Of a stretch of 64,000 bases of DNA, positions 1 through 9,305 are shown one piece after another. This stretch comes from Bacteroidales bacterium. Its GTDB lineage: Bacteria; Bacteroidota; Bacteroidia; Bacteroidales; WCHB1-69. The stretch lies in NCBI GenBank assembly GCA_045116675.1, contig JBGUMF010000048.1, forward strand, positions 3,751-67,750. Reading direction: 5' to 3'. The position numbers and the translations under genes are program-made. Each line of letters begins with the position of its first letter. Within the stretch, counting starts at the first letter, position 1. The notes below the pieces were generated by a model that did no database searches, had not been told where the DNA came from, and saw only the letters and a list, made by a program, of their open reading frames with translations.

Positions 1-120
1 GGCTCCCGTCAGGTCCTGATAAGGCTCCGTTAGCTTCTGGAACTGGTATGAAACAGGGGCTTGCGCCTGCAAAGCGAATGTAAGGCAGGCAAGTAAGAGT
101 AATGTAATTGCTTTTTTCAT
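1..120 (-). CDS. 5' end of a secreted protein (partial, continues left of window)
   Basis: Reverse-strand ATG at 118-120 opens MKKAITLLLLACLTFALQAQAPVSYQFQKL..., a typical signal peptide. The frame stays open to position 1. It is missing from the ORF track because it is truncated. Confidence 0.5.
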   Translation of the reverse strand, partial: MKKAITLLLLACLTFALQAQAPVSYQFQKLTEPYQDLTGA

Positions 121-275
121 AGTGAAATATGTTTTGTTGTTAATAGTGATTTTCAGTTTGCAAAGGTATAGAAATTTCATCTATTAAAAGGATGCAAAAA
201 AGACGAAAGGTGACAGTTTGATTAACATCCATTTCCCTAAAAAAAAAGTGTGTGTATTTTGTACACAAAAAACTG

Positions 276-283
276 TATCTTTG
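276..283 (+). promoter_or_regulatory. Bacteroidota -7 promoter box
   Basis: TATCTTTG matches TAnnTTTG, 21 nt upstream of the ATG at 304. It lies inside the longer track ORF, which argues for the 304 start. Confidence 0.5.
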
Positions 284-303
284 CGGGTCAAAAAAAATCA
301 GAC

Positions 304-1413
304 ATGATAGAGATAAAAGAGGTTGTCGGAAAAAAGGCGATACGGGCGTTTCTCGATTTTCCTGCCCGGTTGTATAAAAACTGTCCATATTATGTGCCCC
401 CACTTCGGAATGGGGAACTGAAAATAATGACAAAACATCCGGCTTTGACGTTCTGCGAGGCCAAGTATTGGCTGGCTCTCCGCGACGGTGAGGTGGTGGG
501 ACGTGTGGGTGGCGTTATCAACCGCAGATGCAATGAGCTGAAAGGGCAGAAACGTGTCCGCTTCGGCTGGTTTGACGTGGTGGAGGATCTTTCAGTGGCT
601 AAGGCGCTGCTGGATACGGTGGAACAGTGGGGTAGGGCGCAAGGCATGACCGAAATCTCTGGTCCGTCTCGATTTTCGAATATGGAGAAACAGGCCATGC
701 TGGTGGAGGGCTTTGACCATGCACCTTCTATCGTTTCGGATTACAATTATCCCTATTATCCGCAGTTTATGGATGCTCTCGGTTTTGAGAAGGAGGTTGA
801 CTATATCCAATACAAAGTTCCTGTCAAAGAGGTGCCGGAAAGGATAAAAAATCTGTCGGCTGTGCTGTCGGAGAAGTATCATGTGCATTTGCGCAAATTT
901 CCACATAAGGAGGATTTGAAACGGTCGGGCAAGGAGTTCTTCCATGCGTTGAACCGCAGTTATTCGGAAATCTACAATTTCATTCCCCTGACGGAGGAGG
1001 AGATCGACTGGGCGGTGGACGAAAGCTTCCAGGTGGCCAGTGTGGACTTCTCTTCGATGTTGGAGGATGAGAATGGCAAGTTAGTGGGTTTCGCCTTTTG
1101 TCTGCCCTCCTTGACCGAGGCTTTCCAGAAGGCCAAAGGCCGTCTGCTCCCGTTCGGGTGGGCGCATATCCTCCATGCCCTGCACCACAACCGGAATGTG
1201 GACCTCTATCTCACGGGTGTTCTGCCCGAATATCACAACAGTGGCATCCATGTCATCTACCATCAGCAGTTGCACGAGGCCTTCCTGAAGGCTGGTTTCA
1301 CGTACGCTTTTACTTCCCAGCAGTTGGAAGATAACACGGCTGCCCGCATCTGGCCCAAATATGGCGGTGAGCAGATTGCGCGGCGCAGATGTTACAAGAA
1401 AAATATCGGATGA
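304..1413 (+). CDS. GNAT-like acyltransferase family protein (function unknown)
   Basis: Long ORF. The N-terminus MIEIKEVVGKKAIRAFLDFPARLYKNCPYYVPPL recalls a conserved Bacteroidota GNAT-fold family. Start moved to the Met after the -7 box. Its stop overlaps the next start (ATGA). Confidence 0.6.
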   Translation: MIEIKEVVGKKAIRAFLDFPARLYKNCPYYVPPLRNGELKIMTKHPALTFCEAKYWLALRDGEVVGRVGGVINRRCNELKGQKRVRFGWFDVVEDLSVAKALLDTVEQWGRAQGMTEISGPSRFSNMEKQAMLVEGFDHAPSIVSDYNYPYYPQFMDALGFEKEVDYIQYKVPVKEVPERIKNLSAVLSEKYHVHLRKFPHKEDLKRSGKEFFHALNRSYSEIYNFIPLTEEEIDWAVDESFQVASVDFSSMLEDENGKLVGFAFCLPSLTEAFQKAKGRLLPFGWAHILHALHHNRNVDLYLTGVLPEYHNSGIHVIYHQQLHEAFLKAGFTYAFTSQQLEDNTAARIWPKYGGEQIARRRCYKKNIG

Positions 1414-2204
1414 TGCGGGAAAACCAATCGGAATATGCTCTGATTACGGGTGGCAGTCGCGGACTGGGGCGTGCTCTTGCCGAGGAACTGGCCCGCAGGG
1501 GCGTGCCTACCATCCTCGTGGGCACGAGCGAGTCTGTGCTGCGCGTGTGCGAAGAGATTACAGACACCTTTCATGTTCCGTCTGTGGGTTTTGTCGCTGA
1601 CCTGACCCGCAAGGATGAGGTGCTGGCACTGGCCGAAACCGTCAATCGGGAATACGCTATTGGAATGCTCATCAACAATGCGGGGGTGGGCGGATCCTGC
1701 CGGTTTGAAGAGGCCTCCGTGGAATATCTGGACAGTATCCTGCAGCTGAACGTGCGCTGCACGGCGCTGCTCACGCGTCTGTTGCTGCCGAATCTGCTGC
1801 GCCGTGCGCGCGGCCACATCCTCAACATCGGCAGTATGGCGGCCTGCACCCCCACCGCCTACAAGACGGTTTATCCGGCCAGCAAGAGCTTTGTGCGCGC
1901 CTTCTCCTTGGGCCTGCGTGAAGAGCTGAAGCATACTTCGGTGACGGTGAGCGTGGCCCTGCCTGGAGCCATCGCCACTAATGCGGAGGTGAGCGATAGA
2001 ATCCGACGTCAGGGCTTCTGGGGACGCGCCACATTGAAGTCGCCGGCGGCCATCGCGCGCCGCTGTGTGGATGGGATGCTGAAAGGCCGCCGGCAGATCA
2101 TCCTCAACCCGCTGGCCTACCTCCTCTGCAAGCTCGTGCCCGAAGGTATTCGCGTGCCGCTGCTCTCCCGAATTGTACAAAGGGAGGTGTTCCGTGATCA
2201 GTAG
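1410..2204 (+). CDS. short-chain dehydrogenase/reductase (SDR)
   Basis: TGGSRGLG cofactor motif, NNAG, and catalytic YPASK (YxxxK). The ATG at 1410 overlaps the upstream TGA. Confidence 0.85.
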   Translation: MMRENQSEYALITGGSRGLGRALAEELARRGVPTILVGTSESVLRVCEEITDTFHVPSVGFVADLTRKDEVLALAETVNREYAIGMLINNAGVGGSCRFEEASVEYLDSILQLNVRCTALLTRLLLPNLLRRARGHILNIGSMAACTPTAYKTVYPASKSFVRAFSLGLREELKHTSVTVSVALPGAIATNAEVSDRIRRQGFWGRATLKSPAAIARRCVDGMLKGRRQIILNPLAYLLCKLVPEGIRVPLLSRIVQREVFRDQ

Positions 2205-2283
2205 TCAGGGGTCTGTGATCAGTAGGCCGTGAATGCGTAGTGCCCAACTCCCGAAATCCGGACCGCGTGAGAAAAGATTTTTG

Positions 2284-2311
2284 TATATTTGCGCTTCCTT
2301 ACCTATCTTTG
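2284..2311 (+). promoter_or_regulatory. two tandem -7 boxes
   Basis: TATATTTG (2284-2291) and TATCTTTG (2304-2311), upstream of the ATG at 2355. Confidence 0.4.
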
Positions 2312-2354
2312 AACACGAAAGATAAGTTATTGTATTACAATAAAATGTAATGAT

Positions 2355-5300
2355 ATGTACGCAATCAAAAATCATCCTATTTTAGATATCCCCGAGGGAG
2401 ATGTCGTCACATTTGAATATAAGGGCCAGCAGGTTAAGGCTCAGAAGGGCTACACGATAGCCGCCGCCTTGCACCAGGCCGGGTTCCCGATACACAGCCA
2501 CAGCCTCAAAGGCCGCGAACGCAGCATGGACTGCGGCATCGGCAAGTGCGGCGCCTGCGAGATGCTCGTCGATGGCGAGGTGAAGCGCATCTGCATCACC
2601 AAGGTCGATGGCGTGAAGAAAGTGGAGGAAATCGCCCATGACTATTTCCCCGACAACGATACCAAGAAAAATACTGAAGCACAGAAAGTATATAAGACAC
2701 AGGTGGTTATCATCGGCGCCGGCCCTGCCGGACTGGCCTGCCGTGAAGAACTCAACAAGCTGAAAATCCCCAATATCGTCATCGACAACAACGACCGCAT
2801 CGGCGGCCAGTTCACCATGCAGACCCACCAGTTCTTCTTCTTCGAGAAAGAACAGAAATACGGTGGTATGCGTGGCTTCGACATTGCCAAGACCTTGGCC
2901 GGTGACGATCACTCCGGCATCATGCTCAACAGCACCGTATGGGATATTCTGGAGGGCAAACGCGTGGCTGTCAAGAATATGGAGGACAACAGCATCTTCT
3001 TTGTGGACGCCAACTACTTGGTGGTGGCTACGGGTGCGTTCCCGTTCATGCCCACCTTTGAGAATGATGACTTGCCGGGCGTTTACACGGCTGCCGTGGT
3101 GCAGAAGATGATGAACCTGCAGCACACGCTGCTCGGTAAGCGCATCCTCACCATCGGAGCCGGCAACATCGGCTACCTCACCTCTTACCAGGCCATGCAG
3201 GCGGGTGCGCAGGTGGTGGCTATCGTGGAAGCTATGGACCATGAGGGCGGTTTCCCTGTGCAGGCCAACCGCGTGCGCCGTCTCGGTATCCCCATCATCA
3301 CCTCTCACACGCTGCTGAAGGCTATCCCCAATGAGGACCATACCGGCGTTATCGGCGCGGTGATTGCCGAGTGCAAGAACTTTAAGCCTGTGCCTGGCAC
3401 CGAGCAGATTATCAAAGACATCGATTTAATCAATATTTGTACGGGCTTGAAACCCGACAACCTGATTTTGGAGAAGGGCAAGGTCACGTTCGGCCTCAAC
3501 ACCTTCGGCGTGGGTGACGCCACCCGCGTGGGCGAGGGCACGTGCGCCGTGCTCCGCGGCAAACAGGCCGCTATGGAGATCGCCCAGCAGATGAACGTGC
3601 GTTTCAACTACGACGACTACCTCGCTGTGACCAAGGACTACGCTGATTCCCAGCAACATCCGGTGCGTGTGCTGGACAAACCCAATCGTCCCACCGGCGA
3701 GCGTCTGCAAAAGCCGTTCGTCATGGCCGACTGTATTTACGGCTTTGCCTGCAACCCCTGCTCCTTTGCCTGCCCGCAGGGCGCCATCACCAAGCTGGCG
3801 ACCAACACGGTGCCGCAAATCGACTACGACAAGTGCATCGGCTGTATGAAGTGCGTGAACCACTGTCCCGGTCTGGCACTGTTTGGCTACAACATACCCA
3901 AGAACTGGCTCTTCCTGCCGTTTGAGTACGATGCGGAGGAGAATGCTGAGGTCTATCTGGTCAATGACAATGGCGAGAAGGTAGGAGAGGGTGTGATTGA
4001 AAAGATTACCAAGGGTGCTAATAAGACCAATGTGGCCCGCGTGAAGGCGCTCACCATCGAAGGCGAGGCCTTGGTTGAGGTTACCGGCTTTGTGTTGAAG
4101 GAGCGCTATCCCCAGCCGATACAATGGGAGAAAGCGGATGGCACTGACCATGCGCCCGCATACGTATGCCATTGCGACGACGTGAACATTGAGACCATCT
4201 TGGCGGCGGTGAAGGGCAAGAAGATCATCTCCGTGGACGAGCTGAAGCACATCACGCGCATCGGTATGGGTCCGTGCCGTGGCAAGCGCTGCATCCCGCG
4301 CGTGAAGCAGCTGCTGGCCGGCTACGGCGTGGAGGTGGTGGGCGACGCCACCCCGCGTGGTCCGCTCTCCTCGCAGCTCAATATCGGCGAGCTCTGCCCG
4401 AGCGACAAGCCCGCAACCTTCGTCACCAACGTGAACGGCACACCCACCCGTAAGGTGGAGTGCGACGTGTTTGTGGCCGGCGGCGGCATCACGGGTAGCG
4501 GCCTCTTCCGCTATTTTGCCGAGGCTGGCAAGAAGGTGGTGCTCTGCAACGCCGAGCGCGGCTCCTCCTGGCGCTGCATCGGCGGCGGACGTCCCAGCTT
4601 CTCGGTGCCGGAAATCGCCGACATCGCCGAGCACAACCGCGTGATCTTTGAGGAGATCCAGAAGGTGACCAACATCAACTACAAGCCCACCCGCTATGTG
4701 GGATTTGCCCACGATGAGGCCAACTATAAGGCTTTGGAGAAATCCTTGGAGTGGAGCGATGGCTATATGGTTGACAAAAAGGATTTCGTGAAAGAAGTCT
4801 CTCCATATTTCAACCCGAACCTGAACACCTATCAGGCGGCCTGCATCACCAACGCGTGCTGGCAGGCCACGCCCGGCCCTACCATCAACTACATCCGCAA
4901 TATTGCCATCGAGCATGGTGGTGTGCTGCTGGAAGACACTAAATTGGTGGAGGTGCAGAAGACGGCGAAAGGCTTCATGGCTTTGGTGTTCACGCACGAC
5001 AAGGAGTATGTGGAGTACCACTGCGAGCATTTTGTCAACTCGTTGGGACCGAGTGCCAACAAGTTCGCCGAGCAGCTGGGCATGTATCTCGGCTTGTACC
5101 CGATCAAGCACCAGGCCTTCATCACGCACCGTCTGCCGATGTTGGGCAAGGACGGCGACTCTTTGGACATGCTCATCGACCGTCGGAAATACAAAGGATT
5201 CTCGGCCGTGTATGGCCAGCAGTTTGCCGAAACGGGCCAGATTATCGGGTGCGCGTCGCCCGCGACGGAGCAGTTGCAAGCCGGCAAGGAGCTGAAGTAC

Positions 5301-5585
5301 AACTCCCAGGATTTTCTGCAGGTGTGCGCCGAGATGTTCATCGATTGGATTCCGCAGTTGAAGAATGTGAGCTTCCAGGCCACGTGGGCGGGCTATTACA
5401 CCGAGCCGCGCTACATCGTGGATCCGGAGCACGGTCTGTTGGTCGGTATGCGCGGCCACGGCTTCATGCTGGGTCAGTACTTGGCCAAGATTTACGTGGA
5501 CAAGTACCTTGGCAAGGAGGCCCCGTCCTACATGTCGCGTTTGGCCATCAGCGGCGACGGCCTCAGCGAGAACGCGTTCCAGTAG
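2355..5585 (+). CDS. multidomain flavo-iron-sulfur oxidoreductase (2Fe-2S + FAD/NAD disulfide-oxidoreductase fold + 2x[4Fe-4S] + BFD-like 2Fe-2S + DAO-type FAD oxidase)
   Basis: N-terminal CGIGKCGACEMLVDG (sarcosine-oxidase-alpha/HcnA-type 2Fe-2S). VVIIGAGPAGLA Rossmann motif. CNPCSFACPQG and CIGCMKCVNHCP ferredoxin motifs. CHCDDV...GPCRGKRC BFD-like motif. A second dinucleotide motif VFVAGGGITGSG opens a DAO-like C-terminal half. Confidence 0.8.
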   Translation: MYAIKNHPILDIPEGDVVTFEYKGQQVKAQKGYTIAAALHQAGFPIHSHSLKGRERSMDCGIGKCGACEMLVDGEVKRICITKVDGVKKVEEIAHDYFPDNDTKKNTEAQKVYKTQVVIIGAGPAGLACREELNKLKIPNIVIDNNDRIGGQFTMQTHQFFFFEKEQKYGGMRGFDIAKTLAGDDHSGIMLNSTVWDILEGKRVAVKNMEDNSIFFVDANYLVVATGAFPFMPTFENDDLPGVYTAAVVQKMMNLQHTLLGKRILTIGAGNIGYLTSYQAMQAGAQVVAIVEAMDHEGGFPVQANRVRRLGIPIITSHTLLKAIPNEDHTGVIGAVIAECKNFKPVPGTEQIIKDIDLINICTGLKPDNLILEKGKVTFGLNTFGVGDATRVGEGTCAVLRGKQAAMEIAQQMNVRFNYDDYLAVTKDYADSQQHPVRVLDKPNRPTGERLQKPFVMADCIYGFACNPCSFACPQGAITKLATNTVPQIDYDKCIGCMKCVNHCPGLALFGYNIPKNWLFLPFEYDAEENAEVYLVNDNGEKVGEGVIEKITKGANKTNVARVKALTIEGEALVEVTGFVLKERYPQPIQWEKADGTDHAPAYVCHCDDVNIETILAAVKGKKIISVDELKHITRIGMGPCRGKRCIPRVKQLLAGYGVEVVGDATPRGPLSSQLNIGELCPSDKPATFVTNVNGTPTRKVECDVFVAGGGITGSGLFRYFAEAGKKVVLCNAERGSSWRCIGGGRPSFSVPEIADIAEHNRVIFEEIQKVTNINYKPTRYVGFAHDEANYKALEKSLEWSDGYMVDKKDFVKEVSPYFNPNLNTYQAACITNACWQATPGPTINYIRNIAIEHGGVLLEDTKLVEVQKTAKGFMALVFTHDKEYVEYHCEHFVNSLGPSANKFAEQLGMYLGLYPIKHQAFITHRLPMLGKDGDSLDMLIDRRKYKGFSAVYGQQFAETGQIIGCASPATEQLQAGKELKYNSQDFLQVCAEMFIDWIPQLKNVSFQATWAGYYTEPRYIVDPEHGLLVGMRGHGFMLGQYLAKIYVDKYLGKEAPSYMSRLAISGDGLSENAFQ

Positions 5586-5634
5586 GAACATATTGAATAT
5601 GTCCCGATAGGATAATTTTTTGTATATCCAAACC

Positions 5635-5662
5635 GAATAGGCGCAAGATTTTGCGCCTATTC
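5635..5662. terminator. perfect 12-bp hairpin between convergent genes
   Basis: gaataggcgcaa-gatt-ttgcgcctattc. No adjacent T-run on either strand, so its role as a terminator is uncertain. Confidence 0.45.
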
Positions 5663-5783
5663 GTGTTATGCGTGAAGAAAAAATGTGTTTTGTCCCTTGT
5701 GAAAGAAGAGATTTATGGACAGTAAGATAGAGAATCAGTGAGGCTATTATATATTGTCCGATTTTATGTTTTGAAGAATTACC

Positions 5784-8700
5784 TCACCCCGCCGTGCGGT
5801 CGATGACGCGGATGCCGCTGCGTGTGGGATCGAGGCGGCGCACCTCCACATGCACGGGTATGCGGTCGCGCAACTCCCGCACATGGCTGATCACCCCAAC
5901 GCGTTTGCCCTTCTGTGCCTGCAATCGTTCCAAGAGCGTCATCACCGTGTTCAACTCGTTCTCACTCAGGGTGCCGAAGCCCTCGTCGATGAAGAGCGTG
6001 TCGATGGAGAGCCCCTGCCGGTTCATGGAGGCGAGGGCCAGCGCTAACGCCAGCGAGACGATGAAGCTCTCGCCTCCGCTGAGCGTGTCCACCGGACTGA
6101 CCATGTCGGGCTGGTACTGGTCACGCAGGCTGATGGTCAGCGTGCCGGGGATGCACTCCAGCTTGTAACGCTTGTCCAAATCGTGCAGATAGAGGTTGGC
6201 ACTTCGCAATAGATTTTCTAACAGATAGCTTTGTGCGATGAGGCGGAATCTCATCCCGTCGGAGCCGCCGAAACTTTCGTTGAGGGTGTTCCACTTCTGC
6301 GCTGTGGCCTCTAATTGTGCTACCTTCTTCAAAAGTTCCTTTTGCCGCTCGCGTTCCGCTGCATCATGCTTCAGCTGGTTCTCTAATGTCGTGATTTTCT
6401 TGGATATATCTTCCAAGGTCTTCAATCCCATATCCAGCGCTTGGCGAAGGCTTTCTACCGTGTCCGATTCCTCAAAGGGTGGATGCTCTGACTCGTGGTG
6501 GCGGTTGTACGCTTCCGTGCGGGTTTCCACGGCGCCTTGTGCACGCGTCAGCGCCTCACGCCGTATGCGGCATGTCTGCCGCAAATCCTCGATATTGGCA
6601 TATCCCCGAAGTTCTATTAGGCGCTCTTCCTGGATGGCAGGATGCTGTCTATAAAACTGTTGCAGATTTTCTTCCAATCGGTTAATCTCCTCCTCCGCAC
6701 TCCTCTTTGCCTCGAACAGCTTGCCGGCATTGACGGCAAACGAGCTCCACAAATCGTCCAGTTTTTCTGTGATTAGAGCCCCTGCTGGCTCGTCTTCCGT
6801 TGTCCATGTCGTCCAAAGTTTAAGGACTTGGTCGCACGAATGGTTCATGTTCTTCAGCGAGGTCTCTGCCTGCTGAATGCGGATGCCCAGTTTTCTATGT
6901 TCCTCTTGCAACTGCCGATAAGCTTCCGCCTTGTTTTTAAGATTTGCGACAAATCCGGCCGCGTCCTGCTCCCACTGTTCTTGCCATCCGGGAATGGTCA
7001 TATATTCGGAAACCTCTTGTAGGTTTTTGGAAATCTGTGTATTACGGTTTTTAATTTGCTGTTTGCGGTTTTCCAGATTTTGTGTCTGCTCTCGCAGAAG
7101 ATTAGCTGCTTTTTGTGTTTCCTGCTGTGCCGTGCCCAATTCTTTTTGCAGTTTGGTCTCCATGTCTTTGAAGGAGGAAATGGTTTTCTGCTGGTTGTCC
7201 ACCTTTTTCTGGCGCTCATCCAGTTTTTCCCGCTCTTCCTGCAGCGTCACCCCCACCGTCTCTATTTCCGTCTTCAGCCGCTCGATTATATCTTCCGACA
7301 GTTCCGGTACCTCCACGGCAATCTTACGGCAGCAGTCGCGCACCTTCGCATGAGCGGCCGTCACCTCAGTGGTAGCGGTCGCCTCCTCGCGCTTGAGCTT
7401 TTCTAAGGCGGTCTGACATTCCCTTAGGATGCTTTCCGAGGCTTTTATTTCGGATTGTTTCTCTATCAAGGCTGCCTTTTTTGCATCCAGATCCGCTTGT
7501 AAAGGGTCCAGTATTTGGCGGGCCGCCTCATCCGACAGAAGATTGTGGATCACTTGGCCGCACACGGGACACACGTCGCCCGTTTTCAGCTGTGCCCGAA
7601 TGGCCTGCACCTGGTCGCCGATGGCCAGTTCCGCCGTCCGTACCGCTTCCTGTGATTGCTCGTAGGCGGTTTTGCGTTCGGCTTCCAACGGCTTGGCCGC
7701 TTCCAGTTTCTTCGTCTCGATCTGTCGGGTATTCTCCTTGTCGGCTATGTTATCTCGGATGGTTTGCGCCTTTTGGAGGGCACTTTCCAGACGGCTGGTC
7801 TCCACAAGTGCCGCGTTGAGGTTGGTCTGTTTTTGTTCCACGTTTTGGCGGTCGGTGGCTAGGGCATCCGGGTTCAATGCTACCAAGGCCTGCTCGGCCT
7901 GCTGCACAGCATTATGCTGTTGTGCTGTCGATTTTTCCAGATTCTTCTCCGCTTTTTCGCGGTCGAGAAGCTCCTGTTTCAAGGCGGGTTGCAAATCCTG
8001 CAAACGCTTACATTCGTTATCGTCGTTTTGATTTTCAGTTTGATAACGAACCACCTCGTCCAACTTGGCGGTAATGGTCTGGTATTGGGCGTACATGGGT
8101 TCATGTTCCGCTTCGCTCTCTATTTGTTTGCGTTTTTCCTCACAATCCTGTTGCTCTTTCTGGAGTGTTTCAGCAAAGAGTGTTTTCGAGCGTGCCAGTT
8201 GTGCGAACTGCTTGCGGGCATTGGGCTCCTTTTCCGTCAGAATCCGCTGCATCCGCTCTTTTTGTTGGCGCAAGGTGTCATAATCGGCCCGTGCCGTTGC
8301 CGAGAGGTCGAAGTCGGCCACCCGCTGTTCGTCGGCTTTGAACTGGGGGGCTTCCACCTGTTCGCGGCAGATTGCTAACTGATGTTCAGCCGCCTGTTTG
8401 GCGGCCAAGGTCTCCTTCTCTTTTTCCATCCATCGGAATTTCGCCTCTATGGTCTGCTGTTGTAGCTTTGTTTTATCTTTCTTTGCAGTAGTCAGTTCCA
8501 GATCTTGTAGTACAGCTTCACGTTCGTCTTTTTCCATCAGGTTGATCGCATCTGCTTTGGCCTTTTCGTCCCGGTAGGTCCGTTCCGCTTCCCCACACAT
8601 TTTGAAGATAGTCTGCCCGATGATGCTGTACTGTTCCGTACGTGTCATCTTCTCCAGGATTTTGGACTTGTCATCTTCCGAACTCTTCAGGAATTGGGTG

Positions 8701-9191
8701 AACTGTCCTTGTGCCAGCATGGTGGTGCGGCAGAACTGGTCGAAGTCCATGCCCACGGCGTTCAGCAGCGCAGCCTCCATCTCCTTGCGGTCCACGGGGA
8801 TGCCGTCCACTGTGAGGCTGCGCTTGGTCGGGTCAAGGGTCATGTTGCGTGTACGTCGGGCGTGCCATCCCGCGACGTACTCTTTGCCATCCTCCCCGAT
8901 GAAGGTGAGTTCCACGGAGGCTTCCGTGGCACCGTGCCGCATCAGGTTGCGCGAGTCCTGTGCCGAGATGATGTCGCGTCCGTACTCTTTTTTCCGGTTG
9001 TTGGCCATGCGCAGGCGGGGTGTCACGCCGTACAAGGCCAGACATATCGCGTCTAACAGGGTGCTTTTGCCGCTTCCGGTGTCGCCGCAGATGAGGAATA
9101 GTCGGGCGGTGGAGAGCGGTTTCTGGTCGAAATCCAGCTCGGCATTCTCCAACGAGGCGATATTATGAATGTGTATTTTCTTCAGTATCAT
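5784..9191 (-). CDS. sbcC: exonuclease SbcC (Rad50-like ATPase)
   Basis: Walker A GDTGSGKST, a very long coiled-coil region, zinc hook CPVCG, then LSGGE and DEGFGTL at the C-terminus. Lies downstream of sbcD. Confidence 0.9.
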   Translation of the reverse strand: MILKKIHIHNIASLENAELDFDQKPLSTARLFLICGDTGSGKSTLLDAICLALYGVTPRLRMANNRKKEYGRDIISAQDSRNLMRHGATEASVELTFIGEDGKEYVAGWHARRTRNMTLDPTKRSLTVDGIPVDRKEMEAALLNAVGMDFDQFCRTTMLAQGQFTQFLKSSEDDKSKILEKMTRTEQYSIIGQTIFKMCGEAERTYRDEKAKADAINLMEKDEREAVLQDLELTTAKKDKTKLQQQTIEAKFRWMEKEKETLAAKQAAEHQLAICREQVEAPQFKADEQRVADFDLSATARADYDTLRQQKERMQRILTEKEPNARKQFAQLARSKTLFAETLQKEQQDCEEKRKQIESEAEHEPMYAQYQTITAKLDEVVRYQTENQNDDNECKRLQDLQPALKQELLDREKAEKNLEKSTAQQHNAVQQAEQALVALNPDALATDRQNVEQKQTNLNAALVETSRLESALQKAQTIRDNIADKENTRQIETKKLEAAKPLEAERKTAYEQSQEAVRTAELAIGDQVQAIRAQLKTGDVCPVCGQVIHNLLSDEAARQILDPLQADLDAKKAALIEKQSEIKASESILRECQTALEKLKREEATATTEVTAAHAKVRDCCRKIAVEVPELSEDIIERLKTEIETVGVTLQEEREKLDERQKKVDNQQKTISSFKDMETKLQKELGTAQQETQKAANLLREQTQNLENRKQQIKNRNTQISKNLQEVSEYMTIPGWQEQWEQDAAGFVANLKNKAEAYRQLQEEHRKLGIRIQQAETSLKNMNHSCDQVLKLWTTWTTEDEPAGALITEKLDDLWSSFAVNAGKLFEAKRSAEEEINRLEENLQQFYRQHPAIQEERLIELRGYANIEDLRQTCRIRREALTRAQGAVETRTEAYNRHHESEHPPFEESDTVESLRQALDMGLKTLEDISKKITTLENQLKHDAAERERQKELLKKVAQLEATAQKWNTLNESFGGSDGMRFRLIAQSYLLENLLRSANLYLHDLDKRYKLECIPGTLTISLRDQYQPDMVSPVDTLSGGESFIVSLALALALASMNRQGLSIDTLFIDEGFGTLSENELNTVMTLLERLQAQKGKRVGVISHVRELRDRIPVHVEVRRLDPTRSGIRVIDRTAG

Positions 9192-9208
9192 TTTGAGATT
9201 GTTGTGGT

Positions 9209-9264
9209 TAGTGAATAGTGATTAGTGAATAGTGATCAGTGATTAGTGAATAGTGAATGGTGAT
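9209..9264. repeat. 8 x 7-nt tandem array (nTAGTGA) in the sbcD-sbcC spacer
   Basis: ttagtga atagtga ttagtga atagtga tcagtga ttagtga atagtga atggtga, read directly from the sequence. Confidence 0.85.
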
Positions 9265-9305
9265 AGGCTTTTTTGCAAATTCTCTAAACGCTCAACTCTA
9301 AACTC

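Noticed and set aside
2194-2225. Direct repeat gtgatcagtag x2, 21 nt apart, straddling the SDR stop codon.
   Set aside because: It is short (11 nt) with only two copies and no associated structure or partner elsewhere in the window, so it is probably chance.
3426-5591. 721-aa reverse-strand ORF opposite the multidomain oxidoreductase. Similar ORFs lie at 2382-3341 and 4889-5383.
   Set aside because: The composition is Arg/His/Gly/Leu/Ala/Val-rich with no motifs. It is fully antisense to a gene with multiple clear cofactor motifs. This is a typical shadow ORF in GC-rich coding DNA.
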